From an uncultured Bacteroidales bacterium (GTDB lineage Bacteria > Bacteroidota > Bacteroidia > Bacteroidales > JBBRXJ01), in contig CAZJWE010000002.1 of assembly GCA_964549265.1 (NCBI GenBank), positions 1,040-65,039 of the forward strand: DNA of 64,000 nucleotides, written 5' to 3'. The number at the start of each line of letters is the position of its first letter. Within the stretch, counting starts at the first letter, position 1. The notes beneath the pieces are model-generated. The model was given only the letters and a program-made list of their open reading frames with translations, was not told the DNA's origin and did no database searches. Made by a program: the position numbers and the translations under genes. This document shows, piece by piece, positions 10,234 to 18,200 of the stretch.

Positions 10234-12234
10234 ATGAATAAAACAATTAATTATCGCGGATTTATGATGATTTTATTAATGTGTTGCATTACGTTTTCGC
10301 ATGCAACAGATTATTATTTAGCAAATAATGGAAATGATAATGCGGCTGGAACTTCACAGGAGACATGCTGGAAAAGCATGTCCCAACTTCAAAAAGTCAC
10401 TTTAAAACCAGGCGACAGGGTGTTGTTTCGCGCCGGTGACCAGTTTAAAGGGACATTGAATGTGACGGTATCCGGGAAACCCGGTAAGCCCATCATATTT
10501 TCTTCATATGGGGAAGGCGATAAACCCGTTATTTCCGGAGCTGAGGTACTTGAACATGTTCAACATTCATCCGGATTTGAAACCTACAAGGCCAGCCATG
10601 ACATCAAACATTTATTTATAAATAACTGTATACAAACCATTGCCCGCTATCCCAATACCGGCTATATGACCATGGATGGAGGCGGGAAAGATTATTTAGT
10701 GGATGATGAACTCAGCCTTCAACCTGACGTAGCACGTGGCGCTACTGCACGCATGCGCATCTATAACTGGGATTACGAACATCGCGAGATCATTAGGGCA
10801 AATGGGAACGCCCTTACGTTTGATTCTGTCTTGTTTCATAACAGCCGAAGTCAATACAAATGCCGTCCCGGATGGGGCTATTATCTCGATAACAAAGCCG
10901 CTTTTCTTGACACTGCCGGTGAATGGCACTACAATAAAGCAGAAAGCATGGTGCACATCATTCCTGACAAACCTTTATCCCAAGATGATTTAATAGAAGG
11001 TAGTTACATCAAAAACGGGATGATCATTTCATCAAATACTTCATATATCAATATTAAAAATCTGCATTTCAGCAAGTTTTATAATAAAGGAATTATTATC
11101 CAAGGGATGAATCGTTCCATTCATATTGACTCATGCACGTTTTCCAATATTTATAGAACAGCGATACAAATTAAGGAAGGAGCATCTCATGGCACCATTC
11201 AAAACAATTGTATACACGACATTTATGGAGCTGCCATCATGTTGCTTGAGGTAACCAATTTTGAAGTAGCCCATAATGTTATTAAACGAATAGGGATGAT
11301 CCCGGGGTATGGTATTGACGGTGTGAATGGCGGCCTGGGCATTTGCATTTGCAACAACGAATACAGGCCCAAAGGATATACCCGGTTATCCCATCATAAT
11401 ATGATCCGTCATAACCGCATTGACAGTGTTGGGTGGATTGGAATCAGAATGGACGGGCATGATAATGTATGCGAGTTTAATGTGGCAAAACATACCAGCT
11501 GTACCTATAATGACGGGGGCATTTTTCATTGCTGGGGAATTGACTCAATGTATACCTACAACAACATCATCCGGAACAATATTTTCAGATATAACCATGG
11601 GTATACAAAAGGTGCGCCCAATAACCATTTAATGATCAATGGGATTTATATTGACAACAATTCAAATGGCATTCAAATACTAAACAACACAGTGACTGAT
11701 GCCGGCTCCGGAATTCACTTAAATGATGGCGCATTTAATAACACAATAAAAGGAAATACCTTGTATGGAAACAAAAAGGAATTGTCATTTGCAGAATGGA
11801 ATGAACAAAGATTGAAGGCCGTTTGTGAAAACAATTATGCTACCAATAACATTTTATTTAATATTTTTAATTTACACCACACCCTTTCAATAAAGCACAC
11901 CTATAAACCTGATTACAACCCGGGCTATATTGATAGTAACATATATGCAAGTCCAAATGAAAAATACCACATTAAAAAAGAAACGATGGAAGAGGGATGC
12001 AAAATAACCCGCAATTATACATTTGAAGCATGGCAGGAAAATAGTGACAATGATGCGCATTCGGAATTTATCCCTTTTGATCATAACACCAATTCTCTTA
12101 TCCTGGTGAATGAAGAGGTGAATGAAAAAATATTTAAGCTTAAAAAAAATATTAAATATAAAACAATACACGGTGAAACAGTCCAGGGAGAGGTTACCAT
12201 TCCGGGATTTGGGGCTATGATTTTGGTTTATTAG
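10234..12234 (+). CDS. secreted right-handed parallel beta-helix repeat protein
   Basis: Signal peptide. Repeated beta-helix turns (NNCIHDIYGAAI, HNVIKRIG, RHNRIDSVGWIGIRMDG, GIYIDNNSNGIQILNNTVTDAGSGIHLNDGAFNNTIKGNTLYGN). Confidence 0.8.
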   Translation: MNKTINYRGFMMILLMCCITFSHATDYYLANNGNDNAAGTSQETCWKSMSQLQKVTLKPGDRVLFRAGDQFKGTLNVTVSGKPGKPIIFSSYGEGDKPVISGAEVLEHVQHSSGFETYKASHDIKHLFINNCIQTIARYPNTGYMTMDGGGKDYLVDDELSLQPDVARGATARMRIYNWDYEHREIIRANGNALTFDSVLFHNSRSQYKCRPGWGYYLDNKAAFLDTAGEWHYNKAESMVHIIPDKPLSQDDLIEGSYIKNGMIISSNTSYINIKNLHFSKFYNKGIIIQGMNRSIHIDSCTFSNIYRTAIQIKEGASHGTIQNNCIHDIYGAAIMLLEVTNFEVAHNVIKRIGMIPGYGIDGVNGGLGICICNNEYRPKGYTRLSHHNMIRHNRIDSVGWIGIRMDGHDNVCEFNVAKHTSCTYNDGGIFHCWGIDSMYTYNNIIRNNIFRYNHGYTKGAPNNHLMINGIYIDNNSNGIQILNNTVTDAGSGIHLNDGAFNNTIKGNTLYGNKKELSFAEWNEQRLKAVCENNYATNNILFNIFNLHHTLSIKHTYKPDYNPGYIDSNIYASPNEKYHIKKETMEEGCKITRNYTFEAWQENSDNDAHSEFIPFDHNTNSLILVNEEVNEKIFKLKKNIKYKTIHGETVQGEVTIPGFGAMILVY

Positions 12235-12349
12235 TACTGTCCAAGTGCTTAACAGGTAAAATTAAAAAAAGCAATCCTAAGAGGTAATTGCTTAACCCGA
12301 AAAATTCATCGCAAACCGATAGGAATCAATAAAAATACCGGTTATATAT

Positions 12350-12439
12350 TATGGGCCAAAATCAATCCGGTTTGCCCCGGTCCTGAAGGGAGCCGGATTA
12401 TTTTTGGCGGTTACATCTAAAACTCTCGGAAATATGTAA
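12350..12439 (+). repeat. R1 hairpin element, L-type solo copy E1 (stem partly degraded)
   Basis: gggccaaaatcaatccggtttgccccggtcctgaagggagccggattatttttggcggttacatctaaaactctcggaaatatgtaa. Homologous to 13413-13502, 14851-14941 and 22314-22404. Confidence 0.85.
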
Positions 12440-12450
12440 ATTTGATTTAA

Positions 12451-13472
12451 TTTTCTTTTTGTATTTTTATTCTACATAAACAAATTGTCACAATATTAAA
12501 TTATTGACCAGTATGAATGAACAAAAAATTGAAAAGATAAGCACAACCGACAATCAAAAGAAAGAAATCCATAAAGCAATTCAATCCGGTAACTACGCCC
12601 ACAACGAAAAAGTCTGGACATACTTTGTTGCACATTTAATCTTAAACAGTAAGAATAAAAAACAACTTTTGGAAAAATTCCTGGGTGGAAATAGTATAAA
12701 GGAACCCTGTGTAAAGGAAATGGAGATATGGTATGAGGCCCAACCCATTTCACCACGAAAAGGGGTGAGCGGAAATAGTGAAGGGAACACATGTTTGGAC
12801 ATGTCCTTTGGTGCCATAAAAAAAAGAGAAGAAACAGACGGTGGCATTGAATTCTCTCCCAAAAAAGGCTGCACATGGGCCTGTTTTATAGAAGCAAAAG
12901 TACTCTCCGACTGCAGCACAGATGTGAGTTACGACCCATTCCGCAACCAAATTACCCGTGTAATAGAAAATCTGGTGACATTTCAAAACGCTAAAGAAAA
13001 AAGCAGTTACCCCAACCCCTGCTATTTTACATTGCTGACACCACGGGCATTTAAAGAAAGGCCCTATTCAAAATTATACGGATATAAATATTTTGAATAC
13101 CATGACTGGCAAAGAATAGAACAAGATTTTGAATTATGCTGCATTGACAAACGAAAGGAAAGCCGGTGGGAATATCCAAAATACATTTCCAAACGCCTCT
13201 CCACCCTCAAACTAAACTGGGTAACCTATGAAGAGATCATTGAACAAGAGCTGGGCATAACTAATTTTGATCTGCTGGAGTTTATTAAGGTGAAGAACCG
13301 GAAAGAACAGAAAGAAATAATGGATGAAGGGATGAAAAAAGAGAAGAGGTATTTTGATAAAATAAAAGAAGAGCTGTTTAAATATCTAAAAGAAAATGAA
13401 TTGGCTTAACATATTGGGCCAAAATCAATCCGGTTTGCCCCGGCCCTGAAGGGAGCCGGATTGATTTTGACG
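12451..13472 (+). repeat. direct repeat DR-A (~1.02 kb; promoter region, nuclease-like gene and hairpin)
   Basis: Near-identical to 21353-22374. It begins at ttttctttttgtatttttattctacataaacaaattgtcaca and runs through the gene into the hairpin. Confidence 0.9.
12513..13409 (+). CDS. PD-(D/E)xK nuclease-motif protein, copy 1 (family unknown)
   Basis: The ORF track starts at TTG 12504; ATG 12513 is more likely. Motif NTCLD(12798-12800)MSF ...x26... WACFIE-A-K(12891-12899)VLSD then FRNQITR, i.e. D...ExK followed by a conserved Q. Second copy at 21414-22310. Confidence 0.7.
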   Translation: MNEQKIEKISTTDNQKKEIHKAIQSGNYAHNEKVWTYFVAHLILNSKNKKQLLEKFLGGNSIKEPCVKEMEIWYEAQPISPRKGVSGNSEGNTCLDMSFGAIKKREETDGGIEFSPKKGCTWACFIEAKVLSDCSTDVSYDPFRNQITRVIENLVTFQNAKEKSSYPNPCYFTLLTPRAFKERPYSKLYGYKYFEYHDWQRIEQDFELCCIDKRKESRWEYPKYISKRLSTLKLNWVTYEEIIEQELGITNFDLLEFIKVKNRKEQKEIMDEGMKKEKRYFDKIKEELFKYLKENELA

Positions 13473-13502
13473 GTTACATCTAACACTCTCGGAAATATGT
13501 AA
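13413..13502 (+). repeat. R1 hairpin element, L-type solo copy E2
   Basis: The conserved element starts 3 nt after the stop at 13407-13409 and the hairpin 6 nt after it. The 14-bp stem caaaatcaatccgg/ccggattgattttg encloses tttgccccggccctgaagggag, followed by the shared tail cggttacatctaacactctcggaaatatgtaa. Confidence 0.85.
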
Positions 13503-13564
13503 TTTTATGGGTTAATGAAATAAATATTTTTACAATAATGTATAATATATTTCACAATAATACA

Positions 13565-13572
13565 TATCTTTG
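13565..13572 (+). promoter_or_regulatory. Bacteroidota -7 box TATCTTTG upstream of the HipB-like gene
   Basis: Exact TAnnTTTG match, immediately before the open frame that begins at 13576. Confidence 0.4.
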
Positions 13573-13686
13573 TAAATAATACATTACATTATAAAATCGA
13601 AGTATATTATTTATCCCAAAGGCCAGGAACTACTTGAAACACTTGGAGAGCAAATAAAACTTGCAAGACTCCGGCGAAAACTTTCA

Positions 13687-13902
13687 ATGGAAATGGTATG
13701 TGAAAGGGCTATGATAAGCCGAATTACACTTACTAAAATTGAAAAAGGCGATCCTTCTGTAAGTTTGGGTGCTTATTTTAAGGTGTTGTCCATTTACAAT
13801 CTTGAAAAAGACATAACCGTATTGGCCAAAGATGATGTATTTGGTAAGAAACTGCAAGATATAGGATTAATCACAAAAAAACGTGCACCCAAAAAACAAT
13901 GA
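13687..13902 (+). CDS. XRE/HipB-like HTH antitoxin (N-terminus uncertain)
   Basis: MEMVCERAMISRITLTKIEKGDPSVSLGAYFKVL is an HTH. The frame is open upstream to 13576 and encodes helix-1-like LGEQIKLARLRRKLS, but has no ATG/GTG/TTG there. 4-nt ATGA overlap with the HipA-like gene. Confidence 0.65.
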   Translation: MEMVCERAMISRITLTKIEKGDPSVSLGAYFKVLSIYNLEKDITVLAKDDVFGKKLQDIGLITKKRAPKKQ

Positions 13903-14687
13903 CACAACAAAACAAAATATATGTATTCGAGCAATTTGGAGACGCTCCAAAATTGATGGGTATCCTAAATGTTGACAAGGTAAGAGGAAAAGAAACATTC
14001 TCCTTTGAATACAATAAAAACTGGCTTAAAACAAATTCCTACCCTTTACTTGACCCCGACATACAACACTACAATGGCATTCAGTATCTTCAAGATGAAA
14101 ACAAGCCAAACTTTGGGATATTCCTTGATTCCTCTCCAGACAGATGGGGCAGGGAACTTATGCAGCGCAGGGAAGCAATTTATGCCAGAAACGAAAACAG
14201 AAAAAGAATTCACGTAGCCTCTGCTATGACAATGTTGGGCTACTATGACGGGTATAACGAAAATGTAAGCTATCTTGAAATAGCTGATTTTTTAACCCGG
14301 CATTCTGTTAATCCGCACAAAAATCTACAGGAACTATTTCGTAGGATTGCATTTAACATCAGCGTGTCAAATTGTGATGACCATCTCAGAAATCACAGTT
14401 TTATATTTGACAAAAAAGGTATTTCACTTTCCCCGGCTTATGATATTAACCCAGATGAAATAGGACATGGGTTAAGCCTGAATATTTCCCTGCATGATAA
14501 CAGCCTTGACCTGGAAATTCTAATGGATACCCATGAATATTACGCGCTTCAAAAAGACGAAGCCTTGCAGATAATTGAACAAGTAAAAGGTGCAGTATCA
14601 GGATTTGATGTTGTGGCAAAAAAGACCGGGTTATCAAAAACAGAAATTGACAAAAAAGCTGTCGCATTTAAACAAGCAATGAGATAA
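13899..14687 (+). CDS. HipA-family kinase toxin with large in-frame internal deletion (probably inactive remnant)
   Basis: N-terminal HipA coupling region (FLDSSPDRWGRELMQRREAIYAR) joins directly to the C-terminal lobe (HVASAMTMLGYYDG ... ISVSNCDDHLRNHSFIF ... LSPAYDINP). The product is 262 aa versus roughly 400+ aa for typical HipA. No P-loop/ATP-binding segment is visible. Confidence 0.7.
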   Translation: MTQQNKIYVFEQFGDAPKLMGILNVDKVRGKETFSFEYNKNWLKTNSYPLLDPDIQHYNGIQYLQDENKPNFGIFLDSSPDRWGRELMQRREAIYARNENRKRIHVASAMTMLGYYDGYNENVSYLEIADFLTRHSVNPHKNLQELFRRIAFNISVSNCDDHLRNHSFIFDKKGISLSPAYDINPDEIGHGLSLNISLHDNSLDLEILMDTHEYYALQKDEALQIIEQVKGAVSGFDVVAKKTGLSKTEIDKKAVAFKQAMR

Positions 14688-14850
14688 AGAATAAACCTGC
14701 TTTATTTTTGAGCCCGGGTATAAATGTAAAACAAGATAGATAATTGTTAACAGAATTAGCATGTATTTGTTGCCAAAAAACAATATCGTTTGAATATTTT
14801 GAAATCTAAAAATCATAAGGTACTTGACAAATAATGTGAAAGATTATATT

Positions 14851-15048
14851 ATTGGGCCAAAATCAATCCGGTTTGCCCCGGCCCTGAAGGGAGCCGAATT
14901 GATTTTGCCGGTTATCACATAAACAACCGGAAATATATAATGTTGATTTTTTAAATATATACACCTGAAATAAATAGCGTTTTCGCTGAAAATCCGGGCT
15001 CCCTTCAGGGTCGGGGCAAAACCTGATTTTCAGCCCGTATTGGTAGTA
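14851..15048. mobile_element. R1 doublet E3: REPIN/MITE-like element (L hairpin 14854-14911, spacer, inverted R hairpin 14985-15034)
   Basis: The L and R hairpins carry the same loop core in opposite orientation (ccctgaagggagcc vs ggctcccttcaggg) with different self-complementary stems. The spacer and ends are about 90% identical by eye to 22314-22510. Confidence 0.8.
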
Positions 15049-15097
15049 ATTGTTAAAATTTTTTACACGAATCTATCTTGTAAAAAAAAATATACTA

Positions 15098-15237
15098 CCT
15101 GACGAGAATATAAAATGCAGAATTTTGGAATTACGGTAATCCGATTTGATAACCATGAAGTTTTTGAGAAATTGGAAAATGTGGTGAATAAAATCAAAAG
15201 GTATTTGGATAATAATGGAAGAAAATTTATTGTATAG
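15098..15237 (+). pseudogene. DUF559 (Vsr-like endonuclease) C-terminal remnant
   Basis: DENIKMQNFGITVIRFDNHEVFEKLENVVNKIKRYL matches the typical DUF559 C-terminus (G..V.RF.N.EV). An in-frame TGA lies just upstream and no N-terminal part is present. It sits 50 nt after E3. Confidence 0.55.
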
Positions 15238-18200
15238 ATAGTTTCTTAAGCTTGTTATTTGCTTGAAATGTTGGGAAATACATTAATTCAACCTGTGCTG
15301 GGTTCATCGTGTAAGTTCCTGTATATCTAGGAGTCAAGATTATTTCAAAAGAATATTCCCCCGCTTTTAATCGTTCGCAAAAAATTGTTGTTTTGTGTTT
15401 AAAATATTCCCGATGTGTTTCATTACAATAATTATTTTTCTTTTCAGCATATGAGCATCCACCTGGTATTGGAATATTGATCATTAAATATTCAGCATCT
15501 TTTTTAATTTTTACATTTGCGATAAGTTTTACTTTTTCTCCGGATTTAAGAAATCCATCTGTTTTATTGTCAAAATATGTTGTAATTTCAAAATCATTCT
15601 TCCTTTCTTCTGGTTGAGGGTTAAAATATTCCTGGTAGTGTATCAGATATACGGGAAAATCACCTTTTTTTTCAATTTGAATCTCCTGGTCTGGTTTCAA
15701 TTTCATATCAAACGGAAATTCGGTTATATTTTTTGATATGTCTCCACGTATATGCAATACCGTCTCATCCAGTTTCTCCTTTCCTCCTATCAGGTCAGGA
15801 AGAATGGTTTCAATGATCTGAGCCGACTCATATGTATTCCGCCAATGTCCATTATTACGTTTTTCAAAAAAGTAATTCATGATTTTCAATAACAAATTTT
15901 CATGATCATTGGTATCGAGTTTATAAATGGAATATGCCAGCAACGTATTTTGTATAGTATTATCTGATAAGCTCCAATTTCTTGTAGTGTCTGAAAAATA
16001 AACATTCCCAAATAAAGTAGTATCTGTATAATATTGCAATGTATCAATATTGTATGAAATTTGTCTAAACTGTTTTAATTGAATGAATTTCAACAAGTCA
16101 TTCAATCCTAAATTCATTTTCCCAATTCTCGTAACATATTTTTCATAATCTGCTGAAGCATTGAGTAGGTGCAGGGCTTTCAAAAGCCTTAACTGCAAAC
16201 CAACATTATGATTGTTTTCAAGTTTCCATACCAGTTCCGATGCCAATACCTCTTTATTAATATCAATTTCATAGCCCATTTTCTCAGCTTTTAACAGTGC
16301 TTCTAATACGTGCATCGTAATCCAGTAATTATCTTTTGAATTTTTCCACCATCCCCATAAACCCGATTCTTTTCGGTTTTTGATCAATAGCCTGATTAAT
16401 TTTTTAGCTTTTTGATCTGACCTGAATGGTTTTTCGTTATATGATGCAATGGTTTTTTCAGCTAAAAGAGCTTTTAATTTAGATGCAATTTGTTCATTGC
16501 AACCATAAACATAATTGATCACATAGCTTATTTCATCTGCAATGACATCCAGCACATCTGATCTTGCATAAATATTCACAGTCCCGAGTGTTGTATCGAA
16601 TACCGGATGAATGATTGTATCATGGTTTAAAACATAAAATTCTCCGTTGGCTTCTTTCAGTCCTACGGGGAATACAGGGATATCTCTTAATTCACCATCG
16701 AAATAACCGTCTTCCTTTTCCAGTTTATACAATATTTTTAATGAATCTGCTTTTGCAATAACTGGCAACGTATCCAATACAGCATCTTTGCAAAATATGT
16801 TCCGGGTAAATAATACCGTATCATTTAATTCAAACGTTGTCTTCACCCAAATGGAATCAGTGGTATAATTAAGCGTTTTCCCAATAGCATACGTGGAGTC
16901 TGACATGATCAAAAACCGGGGTGCTGCCAATTGAGCCATAAAGGGCTTGTATGATTTTATGTACCCTTGTTCCTGTCCCGATTGCCTCTTCCCATTCATA
17001 GCAAGGTAATAGGTTTCCCAGCTGGTGACATCATCTGGGAATATTACATCAAATACTACCTTACCGTCTTGGTCTGTTCTCAGGGTAGGTTTCCAAAATG
17101 CAGCATCAGAAAAATTTTGCCGTATTGAGCTCGCACCTGTCGATTCCGTGAGAAGTGCAGGACTAAAATCAGCGCCTTTTGCTCCCATATTCCGGAATTG
17201 CAAGAAATTGACAATATTATGTAATCCTTTCTTTGTTTCAATGATCACTACCCCATTGGCACCTCTTATTCCATATATAGCTGTAGCTTCATTTCCTTTT
17301 AGCACCTTAATGCTTTTTATATCCTGAGTCTTTAATTCAGTCACTATTGATTCTTCAGTACATACCAGCCCGTCAATAACAAAAAGAAGACTCTCCATAT
17401 TTGGAGAACCTACGCCCCTGATCCTTATTCCATGGGGGGCTCCTGGCGCACCGGAATTTGCTGCTATAAACACGCCCGCAGCTTCCCCTTGTAACACTTC
17501 TGATCTTAGTATAGGTATACTTTCAATGTCTCTTGACTCTACCACTTCAATAGAAGATGTTAAATCATGTTTTTTTACTGTTCCATAACCAACCACTATA
17601 ATTTCATCCAATTGTTGTGTTGATGGTTCAAGAGTAATATCATAATTAAATCGTTGACTCACTTTAAAGGTTTTTTCTTCATATCCTACAAAACTCACTT
17701 GTATTTCTGCATTCCGTGAAAGTAAATGAAGTACATAATGGCCGTCTATATCTGTAGTAGTTCCATTTGTAGTTCCTTTTTCAATAATATTAGCTCCTAT
17801 CATGGGTTCTCCATTCTCATCGAAGACATCTCCCTCTATCGTTCCGACAAAATCTGTAAAAAGATGATCCAGATGATATTTAGTATATATTTTGTTAATC
17901 TTACATCGTTCATAATTAAATGATGTCCTCGCCCCTGAATTAGCGATAATATCATCAATAATACCATCCAATTCAACACTAAAACTATCTTTCTTAAAAT
18001 CTTTTGGTTGAGTAATGACTTGGTACGTTTGCCCATCAGGCTGAATATATATAGAATCTTGCATATAATATTCTGCCCCAAGATACAGGAAAGCCAATCT
18101 ATAATTTCCTTTTTTTAAATGATGAAAGACATTGACATTGCCGGGATATATCCTTAAATAGTGAGGGTCTTCATGTTTAAAAACCAGTATACTCAATGGA

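Noticed and set aside
12496-12986. Minus-strand ORFs (126, 108 and 78 aa) antisense to nuclease-gene copy 1, duplicated at 21349-21887
   Set aside because: They are antisense shadows of the well-supported plus-strand gene. They appear twice only because the DNA is duplicated, and their sequences are low-complexity Phe/Leu/Ser-rich with no motifs.
12350-15048. Integron cassette array reading (hairpins as attC sites separating nuclease, HipBA and other cassettes)
   Set aside because: No IntI-type integrase is in the window. The hairpin ends do not fit the RYYYAAC/GTTRRRY R-box consensus (they read gggccaaaa… and …ccggttac). Conservation is in the loop rather than the outer boxes, the opposite of attC sites. 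The genes also have their own promoter-like sequences.
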